NCBI RefSeq assembly: GCF_006345805.1
Contig: NC_042998.1
Span: 107,508,001-107,572,000, forward strand
Reading direction: 5' to 3'
Length of the DNA stretch: 64,000 bases
From: Octopus sinensis
Lineage: Eukaryota
The notes beneath the pieces are model-generated. The model saw only the letters and a list, made by a program, of their open reading frames with translations. It was not told the origin of the DNA and made no database searches. The position numbers and the translations under genes were made by a program. Shown here piece after piece: positions 51,198 to 64,000 of this stretch; within the stretch, counting starts at the first letter, position 1, and every line of letters starts with the position of its first letter.

Positions 51198-53771
51198 CTG
51201 CAAAAGAATATTAAGAAAAAATTATAACATAACCAAATGATAGTGACAATCTTTGCAAATAATTTCTATTGCTATCATCTATAAATCAAACATTGATTAA
51301 CCAATGATTATTTGTAGTAAATTCTTTGGATACATTTTTGTTTAATTAGTTGATTCATAGGAAAGTCATGTTTGCCTTTTAAAACACACAGAAAGTTTTA
51401 TTCATTTCTGTTTTATTAGTTTTGTCCTGGTGGCATATAAAAGGCACCTGTGCTGGTGACATGTTAAAGGCAGATAGTACACTTTCTGGAGTGGTTGGTG
51501 TTAGGAAGGGCATCCTGTTGTAGAAGCCAAGCCACAACAGACTGAAGCCTGGTGCAGCTCTCTGGTTTATAAGTTCCAATCAAACTATCTAATCCATATC
51601 AGCATAGAAAACAGACACTAAATGATGATGAAGAGAACAACAGAAATGGTTGGGTATCAGTTACTTAGTAATATTAAGTTATGCCTCCTTGAGTTCTTAC
51701 TTAAGTCAGTTTTTCCTTTCATTTCAGGGTTAATAAAATTAAAACTAGTTATGTTAATAAAATTAAAACTAGTATGCATTAGTTCAATCAACTATATTCC
51801 TCCAGAAGACATTTTTGGTCTTGTATCATTGTAAAAAAATATTTATCTTTTACAATAGTATCATCATCATCATCATTGTTTAACGTCCGCTTTCCATGCT
51901 GGCATGGGTTTAACTGAGGACTGGTGAGCCAGATGGCTACACCAGGCTCCAATCTGATCTGGCAAAGTTTCTACAGCTGGATATCCTTCTTAACGCCAAC
52001 CACTCCAAGAGTGTAGTGGGTGCTTTTACATGCCACTGGCATGAGGGCCAGTCAGGTGGTACTGGCAACAGCCACGCTCAAATGGTGTTTTTTATGTGCC
52101 ACCTGCACAGGAGCCAGTCTAGTGGCACTGGCAATGACCTCGCTTGAATGTAGTTTTTCATGTGCCACTGGCACAAGTGCCAGTAAGGCGATGCTGGTAA
52201 CAATTATGCTCGAATAGTGCTTTTTACGTGCCACAGGCATGGAAGCGAGTCAGTGGCCCTGGCAACAATCATGCTCGGATGGTGCTCTTAGCGCTCCACT
52301 AGCATGGATGCCAGTCATGCAGTGCTGTCATTGCATTTGATTTCAATTTCATTTGCCTCAACAGGTCTTTGCAAGCAGAGTTTAGTGTCCAAGGAAAGGT
52401 ATGCGTAAATGGGCTGGTTACACCACTGGCATAGGCCACGGGTTATGGTCTGACTTGGCTTGCCGGGTCTACTCAAGCACAACATATTTCCAAAGGTTTC
52501 AGTCACTAGTCATTGCCTCAGTGAGGCCTAATGTTCAAAGGTCGTGCTTCACCACTTCATCCTAGGTCTTCCTCTACCACAGGTTCCCTCAACTGCGAGG
52601 GTGTGACACTTTTTCACACAGCTATCCTACATATATATATATATATGTAGGTGGCAATGTTCTTTTGTCATATATCATCATTGTTTAATGTCCATCTTCC
52701 AATACACACACACAAGCATCATTCATAAGCAAGCAAGACTTGGTAATGTGTGCCATATTTTAGAGGTTATGGTTTCCCTGATTGGATCCATTAAGCTGTA
52801 AAATAGGTTCTATGTGGAAGTACAGTGAACCACTCTATAAGCACTCGACCTAAAGAAATTCAAGGACTTGAATAAGTCAATGGCACAGTTCATACTTCTG
52901 TGACTAAATGGAACAATGTGTGTGGTATGGGTGAGCAAATATGAACATTTGTACATTGTTGGCTGAATAATGCAGTTTGCATACTATTAACTAGTCAAGT
53001 GTGAAGATGATGTGGGACCAATATAGCTGTAATACACTTTAGTTTGGTCTTACAGACATGTATCTTACATAGAGTTACAGCAACATGTCTGTAGTAAGAT
53101 ATGATCTCAGGCCTGCATGGTCAGTAAACTAGCTGTTCAACTCCACAGCTATAGGGCCAATGTTTTGTTTTGGCTATCATAGCTAAAGACATGCTGCAGT
53201 ACCACATTGTGTGGAAGAACAACTACATATATGACTAGACAAGCACAATTGTAATTTCTGACATTAGTTTAACACTACCCACTGATACTTGGGTACCCTG
53301 AGCACAGTCCACTTTGTTGCAACAAGCATTCAGTCCATATCCCTTGAGTGAGGCTAACTTACACTGTTTCTATCACGAAACATGGAAGCTGTGGGAGATA
53401 CCCTTCTCCTCTTGCGAAGCCATTATAAAAAAGCCCCTTTCAGCTTGACTAGTTGTAAAGATCTTAACCTTTAAACAGTGGACATCATCAAAAGAAATTG
53501 AATATTTTATGGCACTTTTTGATAATGAGATTGTAAATTTTACTGTGCAAGAGACTGATAATTTTTATAGCAATTGTACTTATTTCAAGTGAAAATAAAT
53601 ATAAAAATTATCCTTTAGAAAAGTGATAGCTTTTGTTTGTTTGTCCATTTGGCACACACATTTATGGAACCTTTTTCTGCTGTTTCAGGGTTAAACATTA
53701 AATCCTTTAAAAGTTCAGTCCACATCTATGGGGATATAAAAATCTATTAATTAGACTGCAAAGAAACTCAC

Positions 53772-53981
53772 AAAATAAGTAATTTTTTCAAGGAAAAGAG
53801 ATCTATTTTGCAACTGTTGAATCCATTGCATCAAGTCAATGGTGCATGGAGGGGCTGTCTCTCCAATCAGTTTGTTCCAAGTGTGAGGGATTTTATGTTG
53901 TAAGATATCTCTGGCTACATTTACAATCTCCTCAGAGAACTTCATGCCCAAATCCTTTTCTTCAAAGATAGTTTTGACAGC
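53772..53981 (-). CDS. Dynein heavy chain-like, 3rd-last coding exon (AVKTIFEEKDLGMKFSEEIVNVARDILQHKIPHTWNKLIGETAPPCTIDLMQWIQQLQNRSLFLEKITYF)
   Basis: Poly-T GCAG acceptor, TTT|GTGAGT donor, phase 0/0. The IP..W...L..W...L..R pattern is typical of the dynein C-terminal domain. Confidence 0.9.
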
Positions 53982-55874
53982 CTGCAAAAAAAAAAAAAGA
54001 TTATTTATTCTTTTAGTAATTTCAGTATTTGAATTGTGAAGATCTCTCTGTTTGTGAGTCATTTTAATGCTTTGAAGTATTTTAGTTGTTTGTATTAACC
54101 CCATTAATTTGCATGGTACTTACCAATTTGTTACCATGTGAGTGTGTGCGCGCATGCATGTGTGTAACTATCTCATCATCATTTAACATCTGTATTCTAT
54201 TCTGGAATGGGTTGGATGGTTTGACAGGATCCAACTAGCCAAAGAGCTGTGTTGGGCACCAGAATCTGCTTTGACAAGGTTTCTAATTCCAACAACTTAA
54301 GGGAGTCTATGTGGTGTTTTTTTTTTCATGGCATTAGCACTCATGAGATCACCAAGTAACTTGCAAGACAAATCCCTTGATGGAATTAGAGTGTAGAGTT
54401 GAGGGAAGTGGTTTTGTTCCAGGTGTTGAGGGGCAGGAAATGTCTTACTGTAGAGGAGACATATGAATACCCCAGCAGGAAAGGGACAAAAGATGGTGGA
54501 AATGAGGTGTCAGGGCATATCTTTAAGGTACAAGAAATTGGATAAAGAGAGAACTGGGACAGATAATTGAGGATAGCTGGGTGGGTTGGTAGGTTTGTGA
54601 GAATGTGAAAGATGACTGACAGTAGATATGAGGATAGAAGTGAATGAAGTGGATGATGAACATAGATAGAAAATTGGGCAATGGTTAATCTCAGTTTGAA
54701 GGAATGTAAGCAAAAAAAAAATAAATGGATCAAGGAAGAGGAGGTAATAGGGTGTAATATATGAAGTTTTGTGAGAGAACAATAGTATTATAAAACCATA
54801 GACAGGTGAGAAGTAGGGAAGTGAGGTGAAGTATAGAGGGGAGAGAAGAGGAACAGTGAAAGAGATGAGGATTAGAGGTACACAGGGTGGATATAGTGGG
54901 TTACAATAAAAGGAGCGGGTGTTGATGGCAGGCATGAAAGGGGCATTCAGTGTCAATCTAGTGGTAGAGATGGTGCTGGGAGTGCAAGATGCATAACAAG
55001 GGAAGAGGTTCCTAGGAGAGGGATTACATTCCCAATATCTTTATTCACAATCATCCAGTACGCCATCATTTCTTTGAACAATGGACTTTGCTCAGAATGT
55101 TAGGACTTAGATATCCTCACAACACACATACATTATTTATACAATACAATATTATAGACCTATTTCAGACAATTTACCAGTTGGTTTTGTACACAAGAAT
55201 TTAGGAAAAATTAATCTCAGCACACATCAGAAAGATTGGTAGAAGTATGGTGCTGGCTCTTTGCCACTGGAGGTTAGAAAGTGTCCCATCCAGTTTACTG
55301 GTGTTGTAGAAACCCTGTGAAGCCAAAATTGGCTTTCATGGTAGTATAACCATTACTGGGTAATTCCATTTATTGAACAGTAACTTCATACATGTCACTG
55401 TGTCTCATAATCAAACAGTTTAGTTCATTCAGTTATATCTGGTCCTCCGAATGTTGAAACCTACAATTATATTACTAATTAGTACATTTAATCACAATCA
55501 ACTCATGCTATACTCTTCCTACTAGCATTAAATGTTATCACTATCTTACCTATTAATAATGTTAACATAATATATATAATTTAGTTAATTCTAATATATT
55601 TAAAACTTAGGTTAGTGTCAAACCTTATATGATAATTAGCTTGCATGTGTTTGCTGTCACACTAATGGAATAGTGTTGAAGTGTGTGAAAGGGTGAAATG
55701 TTTCTCACACGGCTCTGACATTTTACTCCTATTTTAGTCTTAATGAAATCTATCACATGGCATACAAAATATCAAAATTAAGAAAAGAATTTAATGGCTG
55801 TGTGTTTAAGAAGCTCACATTATGGGGTTTGAGTTCAGCCTTATTGCATTGCACTTTGGGCAAGTGTCTTCTAC

Positions 55875-56076
55875 ATTATTTATATTTGATGGATATTTGT
55901 CCTCATCTTGTTTGTTGTTAACATGTCTCAGCTGATATACCCTCTAGCCTTCATCAGGTGTCTTGGGGAAATTTTGAACCTGGGTTCTCATTCCTAAGGT
56001 ATTTTTCAATGTTGTTGTTATTATTATTCAGGTCAACAAACAAGATGAGGACAAATATCCATCAAATGTAAATAAT
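55875..56076. repeat. 43-bp inverted repeat flanking a 116-bp spacer (Penelope-like terminus)
   Basis: Arms at 55875-55917 and 56034-56076 with one mismatch. The spacer contains minus-strand GACAC-CTGATGA-AGGC...GCT-GAGAC. Confidence 0.75.
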
Positions 56077-56549
56077 TCCTCATCTCTTAAATATAAAACT
56101 GTAAGTGTCTTGCCAATGTCAGTACTGCCTGATTGACACTTGTGCCAATGGAATATTAAAAGCACCATCTGAGCATCATCATTGCCAGGGCCACGTAAAA
56201 AGCACCATTCGAGCGTGATTGTTGCCAGCATTACCTTACTGGCACGTGAAAAAAAACATTCCAGTGTGGTTGTAGCCAGTGCCGCCAGACTGGCTCCTGT
56301 GCAGGTGGCACGTAAAAAACTCCTTTTGAGCATAATTGTTGCCAGTACCGCCTGACTGGCCCTCGTGCCGGTGGCATATAAAAGCACCCGCTACACTCTT
56401 GGAGTGGTTGATGTTAGGAAGGGCATCCAGCTGTAGAAACTTTGCCAGATCAGATTGGAGCCTGGTGCAGCCTTCTAGCTTGCCAGTCCTCAGTCAAACC
56501 ATTCAACCCATGTATGGAAAGCGGACATTAAATGACAATGATGATGATG

Positions 56550-56580
<31 letters not shown>

Positions 56581-56592
56581 GCATATATATAT

Positions 56593-56623
<31 letters not shown>

Positions 56624-56992
56624 GTGCATATATATATATATATATATATGCACATTCATACACACACACTCTTTTATCATAATCTCTCTCTTTAGTATGT
56701 TGTGTTGATTCACAAGTAACACCCCAAAATTTAATGGAACATCCTGATTGGTGTAAAATGTTAAATGTCTTTGAGTGAAAGCATTGGGCTAGCAAAAATG
56801 TATGATTGTGACTGCCCAAGGAAGCATACACATGGAATGAAAGCAAAATTAAAACTCATAGATATCATAAATCATCTTTAATAATATCCTATGAATATGA
56901 AAATGTTCTCACAAATGAACAGTGGAATACAGAAACATATGTTGTGATACATTAATAAAGTCTGAAAATTTCCATTCATGAGTCATCTTTGT

Positions 56993-57023
<31 letters not shown>

Positions 57024-57085
57024 GCACCAGGTGGTGCTATTAAGTTAGACATGGCCTGGGCCAATAATGGCCGAAAAGTATCAAA

Positions 57086-57141
<56 letters not shown>

Positions 57142-57249
57142 AATCCTATGACAATGAAGGGATAGTGATGGGAACAGGTGAAGGATGTCACTGGAAGTTC
57201 TTAGCTTGAACTTTGCAAATAGGTGGTGAAAGGGAGATGGCTGCTTTAC

Positions 57250-59540
57250 ACAACATTTGTGGGTAATTGTGTAATTCGTGTCCTCCTTTCACTACAAAGC
57301 AGACCTGTTTAGAATGACACCACTTTCCTCCTATGGAGGAGAGGTCAAGAAAATGCGACCCAAAAATTATTTGCTTGCATTGTTCCTTGTCATTAGGTGC
57401 AAATGACTGGGCACCCAAACCTGCATCAGAAAATTAAGCAAATTGAAAACACTTTTTCTGGATAGGTAAACCTCAGGAAGTAAAGAAAGAGGCAGGTGTT
57501 GGGTTTGTTATATGGAATGACTTGATGAAACAACTTGAATCTCTGCCTGTTGGCATTAGTAAAAGACTCATGTCATTGTGCATCTACAGTGGCAAAAATA
57601 AATATGCAACTATTTTCAGCTGCTATGCTCCAACCATGAACTCAAATGAAGAAGTTAAAGAGCAGTTCTACTCTGAGCTATGTAGCCAGTTGAGAGGTGT
57701 CTCCATCCATGATAAACTTCTCCTCCTTGGTGATTTCAATACACATGTATGCTATGATACATCCATATGGGATGACATAATAGGGAAGCATGGGGTTGGT
57801 AAGGCAAACTCCAAAGGCCATCTCCTGCTATTGCTTTACAGTGAGTATGAACTTTTGATTACCAATAATATTGGGTCATCCCATAAATAATGCGATTTTT
57901 TCAATTGCATGAACTAAAAGTTGGGGCTAGATGGGATAAACTATCTGCATAACTTGCTATAAAAGCAGGTAGTAGTGTCACCTTGCACTTATTCTTAGTG
58001 CAAGATTTGAAGAGTGCAGTACGATTTTAACAGTTATTTTTTTCAAAGCTACAATGGAAGTGACAAAAGAGCATATTTGGCATATTTTGCTTTATGAGTT
58101 CAATAAAGGCAACAACTCAACGGAAAGTGTGAGGAATATTAATGCAGTATATGAGGATTGGACAATAAGCGTAAGCCAGTATCAACAGTGATTCCAGAAA
58201 TTCTGAGTTGGAAACTACAACCTAGAAGACAAGCCTTGTCCTAGAAGATCTGTAGAGCTTGATGAGGACGCCCTGCAAACCCTGGTCGAACAAAATGCCA
58301 TTGTAACTGTTGAGGAACTAGCAAAGAAGCTTGGATTTGGTCATTCAACCAGTCATTCAAGTCAGCGCTAGAAAAAAACGACCATGTTTGGTTTCAAGAC
58401 GAAAAGTGTTCTTCCATCAGGATTATTCTTGGTCACATCAGCAAGGATGATATTCCAAAGGCTGGAGCAGTTTGAATGAGAAGTGATGCCCCACCCACTC
58501 TATTTGCCGGAGATTGCCCCATCTGATTATCATTTATTCTGCAGTCTTCAAAATCATTTGGATGGAAAAAATATTAATTCAAGATCAGAACAGTATTAGA
58601 GGAGTATTTTTTATCATGGACAAATGAATTTTGGAAAAGGGGTCTTGCAAGTCTACCAGATAGATGAAAGAGCATTGTGGAACATGAAGGAGAGTATATT
58701 TTAGATTAAAAAAGAACTTTCATCATCATCGTTTAACGCCCGCTTTCCATGCTAGCATGGGTTGGACAATTTAACTGAGGGCTGGCGAACCAGATGGCTG
58801 CACCAGGCTCCAATCATAGATCTGGCAGAGTTTCTACAGCTGGATTCCCTTCCTAACGCTAACCACTCCGAGTGTGTAGTGGGTGCTTTTACGTGCCACC
58901 GGCACGGGGGCCAGTCAGGTAGTACTGGCAACGACCTCGCTCGAATCTTTTTACACATGCCACCGGCACAGATGCAAGTACTGCATTATTTATGGGATGA
59001 CCCCAATATTTTCCAACTCCTCAACCACCACAAAACTACCTGGAAGCATCCCTGATCAAACCATTTTCACCTTATTGATTACATAACTGTGAGGTCTTTC
59101 ATGAAGGAAGATGTCCAAGTAACACGTTCTTTCTCCGTTGGGGAGTGCTGGTCTGACCATAGGCTGATACAGTCAAAGGTGAATTTTATTATCCGCAGTC
59201 CAATTCATAGTAATCACACTTGACCAATTCGAAAAGTGAATGTGACAAAGCTGAGGAACAATGACAATTTTACATCATTTCAAACAACTTGTGACAACAA
59301 ATTTGACAACACAGATATTGAATCAGCATAGTTGGCTTTTAAAAATGCTGTATTTGAGTCATCTTGTGAAACACTTGGGTGTGTTAATAGGAAACACTAA
59401 GACTGGTTTGACTCAAATGATCCAAACATCTTTTCTCTTTTGGACAATATGCACAAGTGCCACTGTCAATGGATGTCAAATAGAAATAATTCCACAAAAC
59501 ACACAATGAGTTTAAAAAGGCCAGAAATACATGCCAATCT
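57250..59540 (+). mobile_element. RTE-clade LINE endonuclease (APE) fragment interrupted by the mariner (approximate ends)
   Basis: SCYAPT, LLLLGDFN, KHGVG..NSKG.LL, then after the insertion KTTWKHP, LIDY and CWSDHRL. Confidence 0.85.
57871..59006 (+). mobile_element. Internally deleted mariner of a different (Mos1/SETMAR-like) lineage, with a SINE inside
   Basis: TIRs TTGGGTCATCCCATAAATAATGC and GCATTATTTATGGGATGACCCCAA, with TA TSDs at 57869-57870 and 59007-59008. Transposase remnant 58054-58709 (HILLYEFNKG, FFHQD, APSDYHLF). Confidence 0.9.
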
Positions 59541-61164
59541 TAATGCTTTATCTTACTGAACTCTTAGTTGTTGTTCACAACATGAGAACCTCAGCTAGAA
59601 AAAAGACACATAGAACCAGGCTGGTTTCATGTACATTTTTAACATCTTAGGTTTGTACTTGTGAAGTGTCTGATTTAATTTAATGCTTATTTATAACTGA
59701 AAATCTTTATTGTTTACTTTATCACTTCTCTTTCTCTCCCACCTCTCTCTCTATATATATACGAGGCAACATCATTAGTGTTTGTTTCATTAATAAAAAA
59801 AAAGCACTCAATATGCTCTATAAAATGGTTGGCATAAGAAAGACATCCGGCTGTAAAAACCATGCCAAAACAGACATTAGAACATGACACAGTTCTTCAA
59901 CTCATTAGGTCCTGTTGATGTGTCCAACCTATGCTAACATGTAAATGATGACGATGACGACATAGAATATTATTTGGTATAGAAAATATTTTCAAAAGTA
60001 AGAATATAATTCATTTGAATGTATATGCCATTCTCTGTAATTAATAAACTTATCATTTTTCATGACACGGATACAGAAGAATATACAATATTCAAGTTAG
60101 TGTTAATATGTTTAATAGGAAAGATAGCATTTCATAAGTATGCATTCACATAATTAAAAGGTAGTATGTTAGCATTAACAAAATTGCTTAAAGAATTAAA
60201 AAGCTAATTACAAAATAATTGTGTGAGGAAAAAACAACAAAAAACAATATTATCAACAACTAATATTATTTTCAATGTCTCAGCAAATAAACAACTCTGG
60301 ACATGTTTCTCTTATATTCTGACCTCATTCACAAAACAAAGATGTCATCATACTTACTGATGTAGTGTTAACAGAATTACTAGTTAAATGTAGATTGGTT
60401 GGCATAGGAAAATAGAATTGTTTAGATGATAAATAATTCAGAAATGCCATCAGTATGAACACTAGTTAAGCTTGTGTTAATATACTTAATGTATGGAGTA
60501 TTTACAGTAATTAGTTTAGTGGTCACTAGAGGGAATTGAAGACTGTTGGGTTTATCTTTACTTTAATCACTCACAGGTTATAAAATAAATATCAGTAAAA
60601 TGTTGGAGTTGATTAAAGCAACAATACAGTTTCCTTACAATACTGGCTTTATGTGTAATCAACAATGGTTTATGATTTAAACCAAGAAGATTTCTATGCT
60701 GATTTTATTTTTTGGCTTTATTTAGGAGGAATGTGAGCAAAATAAGTGTTCTTGATTGATGTTTAGTTTGAACTTTTAATGAATGTCTTGTATGGAAAGT
60801 AGTTCTAAAGAGTTTCAGTTCATTAGAAAAAAGGGTTGGGTAAAAGTGTTGAGTGCAGGCTTTAATATAGGTATGAAAGAGAGCAGAGATGACAAAAGGA
60901 AGACATTTGGTTGTATCAAACAAGTGTGGGAGAAGTGAAGTGTTGCTGATTCACAAAGCTCAGAAGTTATTATGTACCAGTAAAAAAAGGCAGGGAAAAT
61001 AAACAATAAATCTGTGAAAACAGTAGTTGTAGTGTTTTGACCAATGAGCCCGAGTGAGTGAACACTTGTATTAACAAAGAATTTAAATCATTATCTATCA
61101 CCATCATCATCATTATTATTATTATTATACATGTTTTACTTAATGAGTCAATAAATATTCAAAC

Positions 61165-61281
61165 CTGGACTGATGTCTTTACTTCATTAACTATTTTATG
61201 GAGAAGAAATATTTCTTCCAGAATAAACTTGTTATAGACTGTGGTGCCACCAAGTTTAGACATTCTGCTTAGAAGATATTC
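61165..61281 (-). CDS. Dynein heavy chain-like gene, 4th-last coding exon (EYLLSRMSKLGGTTVYNKFILEEIFLLHKIVNEVKTSVQ)
   Basis: Strong acceptor CTTTTTCTTTATTTTCAG, donor CAG|GTTTGA, phase 0/0. Not in the ORF track. Fits the dynein C-terminal N.FL.QE..LL..I..SL helix and reads directly into the next exon. Confidence 0.85.
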
Positions 61282-61689
61282 CTGAAAATAAAGAAAAAGT
61301 AAAGTTAGGTGATGTTAAGGGGAGGAGGAGCAGCAGCAGTACCTACATCTTTTCAGGATACTCCCAGTTTGGTGGTGAGGTTATTGAGGTTGATGGACTT
61401 TTGGAGCTGGATATTTGTCATAAAATATTGGCAAGGACGGGGTTCCAGAGAATTGTCATTGTTGGGAGTGTGGATTAAACGACAGAATTTAGCATGGAAT
61501 TCTGAGGGTGAGACCCAGTGGAAGAGAATTGAATGGACCAGCCAATTTTGGTTAGTGAGATGTGCAGCTTGACAGGTCAGAAAAACATGAAGTATAGAAG
61601 TACTGATAGAAGTTACTGAGAGAGGACATATCACATCAGTGTGTTTGTGAGTGACGTGTGTTGGTGGGTGAAAGTTTATCAAAAGTTAG

Positions 61690-63560
61690 GTGACCCATTT
61701 AAAAAAAATATTGTTCAGAATGGTTTCATATGTAGCAGCTGTTCAACTCCACATATATGAGCAGTACTTCAATATGGGTGAAACTTTATATAGTTGCATC
61801 AGAAACTAACTACTCACAAATGAAATAGTTTCTAGCCCTAATGAGGAGGCTTAGTCTTTAAGATACACCTTTAACAATGTGACAGATATGAGAGATGTTC
61901 ATTAAAGATTTCCCCTGACCCACTTCTGGTTATTGCAGGAAACGGAACTTGTACGGGTATAATCATACATGTCTCTACATGTCACATTGTAAATTGCAGC
62001 TTTCCATTAGTACTCGTTTGTCTTTTATGGCTGCTGAAGCGGACTAAGGTGTTATAATGGAGGGAGTTAAATGTAGATCAGTGATCAGGTTCTTATACTT
62101 GAAAGGTTGTACACCAAAAGAGATTTTCGATGAGATGAAAGAAGTTTATAGTGATGATGCACCATCATACGACATAGTCAAGCATTGGCATCGCCAGTTC
62201 AAATGTGGTTGGATATCAGTAGAAACCACTCCTATTCCTGGATGACCATATTCTGCAATTGATGATGACACTATCCATAAAGTGGAAGCTGCCATTTTGG
62301 CGGATTGCCACATAACTATTCAGCAACTAGCCCAAGAAGTGAAGATAAAAGTAGGGTCTGTGGAAAAAAATCATTCATGACCATTTGCACATGTGGAAGT
62401 TGTCTGCATGATGGATTCCCTGGATGCTCATATCTTTTCAGAAGCAGGAATGAGTTAATTGCTCCCAGGCTCTTTTGGCAATGTGCCAAAAAATGAGGAG
62501 GACTTTTTCGGCAGGCTTATCACACAGGATGAAACATGGGTACATCACTATGATCTTCAGACCAAAGTCTCACTGAAGCAATGAAAGCATAACTCACCAC
62601 TTCCAAAGAAGGCTCATGTCCAACCCTCAGCAGGCAAGCTGGTGCTTCAGTCTTTTGGGACCAGAGTAGAGTAGTGATCATGGATTTTCTGGCAAAGGGC
62701 ACCACAATTAACAGGGCATATTATGATCCTCTGCTGCAGAAATTGCGGGATGCCATCAAAGCAGAGAGGCATGGCATACTGACCAAAGGAGTCTGTCTCC
62801 TCCAAGACAACGGCCTAGTTCACAATGCACATATTGCCCAGATGAAAATACTCCTGCAGCTATGAAATCCTTTCTCATCCCCCTTACTCTCCTGACTTCA
62901 CACCATCTGACTTCCACCGCTTTCCAACCATGAAGTCTTTTTTAAAGGAGAAGCACTTTTTGGATGATGATGAACTTATTTCCATTGGCTCTAGACACAA
63001 TCTAGCGACTACTACAGATGAGGTTTTCACAGCTGCATAAAGCAATGGGAGAAGTGTGTCACCATTGGTGGTGGCTATGTAGAGAAGGACTAATAATTAT
63101 GTCAAGTTTCATTTATCCCAGTCCTTGGGAAGTGGGTCATACATGGCCACCACGATAAGTCATCGGAGATTGTGAGGCCTAGCATTTGTATAGTTTGATG
63201 AGGTTTTAATTGTGAGTTATTGAAAAGTAAGGAGTGTATGCGGTGTTATATTAAATTGATGTGCATAGATAATAGACCAGGTTGTTAGGTTTCCATTGGA
63301 TGATATTTCAAAATTTTCGTTCATGGAAATAGCATATATCAGATGTGAATTGTCTAGCTGACTGTGCTTGGTGTCTGGTAATCCTGTACAGGAGTGAGTT
63401 ATTTAGAAATGATAATGAGAAAATTCTCTATATGAGGAAGTCATAACTGAATCATGAAGCTCAATGGAATACAAAGTGTTTCTGAGAAAGCACCATCAAC
63501 ACATGTTGCAATGGAGTGTCCTAAAAGGAAAGTTTTAATCTGCCCCATAAATACATACTG
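61690..63560 (-). mobile_element. Degraded CR1/L2-like LINE RT fragment split by the 61889 mariner (approximate ends)
   Basis: The minus strand reads MLGLTISDDLSWWPC|ICHIVKGVS*RLSLLIRARNYF across the TA, then LYKVSPILKYCSYMWS. Confidence 0.7.
61889..63139 (+). mobile_element. Degraded mariner related to the 2549 copy; right TIR truncated
   Basis: Left TIR TGAGAGATGTTCATTAAAGATTTCCCCTGACCCACTT follows TA at 61887. Decayed transposase 62057-63093 (VIRFLYLKGCTP, QDETWVH, QDNG, SPDFTPSD). Right end AAGTGGGTCA followed by TA at 63140. Confidence 0.9.
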
Positions 63561-64000
63561 TATTGTAATTACCTGGAAAAAGCCAATTCACCCTATCAGT
63601 TCTGTAATGGAATAGCCTGAAATGCCAACCCATCCTAACAATATATATTGTTATGTGATCGATGCCAGGCCTGCCTAACTGGCTCCTGTGCCAGTGGCAC
63701 GTAAAAAGCACCTGTTACACTCTCGGAGTGATTTGCATTTGGAAGGGCATCCAGCTGTAGAAACATTGCCAGATCAAATTGGAGCCTGGTGCAGTCACTG
63801 GCTCTCCAGACCTCAGTCAAACAGTCCAACTCATGCCAGCATGGAAAATGGACGTTAATTGATGATGATAATGATGACGATGATGAGAGGCCTGAAAGGA
63901 AACTTCCAATTTACACCAACAGTGCATACTGTAACAGTGTGACATGTAAGGAAACTACCAACCTACCTTATCATTATTTGCTGTATATGAAACGTCTAAT

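Noticed and set aside
60358-60465. Minus-strand open segment ending in a GTAAGT donor as an extra dynein exon
   Set aside because: It has a weak acceptor and an incompatible entry phase, shows no dynein similarity, and the 61165 and 53981 exons already join seamlessly.
63573-63635. Candidate upstream dynein exon (TTGTTAG...CCAG|GTAATT)
   Set aside because: The frame needed for a phase-0 exit contains TGA, and the segment lies among LINE and SINE remnants.

Overview
AT-rich, repeat-dense eukaryotic genomic DNA. The SINE/LINE/mariner landscape resembles what I recall of Octopus (cephalopod) genomes; this is inference, not a database hit. Two spliced protein-coding genes converge tail-to-tail. 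(1) A complete TMEM181 orthologue lies on the + strand: 14 coding exons from 4948 to 41789, all GT-AG, with phases that join into a 493-aa ORF. (2) The last four coding exons of a divergent dynein heavy chain lie on the - strand (61281 down to 47941). The rest is transposon-derived or simple sequence: three mariner elements (one near-intact DD34D copy), RTE and CR1/L2-like LINE fragments, many SINEs, an 8-bp-TSD MITE carrying TTAGGG repeats and a G-quadruplex motif, a Helentron-type (HINE) element, Penelope-like termini and microsatellites. The most notable observations are: a perfect 82-bp palindrome containing a minimal type I hammerhead ribozyme core on each strand (44662-44826); a large fold-back hairpin in the probable dynein 3' UTR; a 209-bp near-identical tandem duplication in TMEM181 intron 1 with several possible coding readings; and two nested insertions that can be reconstructed exactly. 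No rRNA, true tRNA or CRISPR array was found. Most long ORFs in the supplied track are microsatellite or TE artefacts. Repeat boundaries marked approximate were read by eye.
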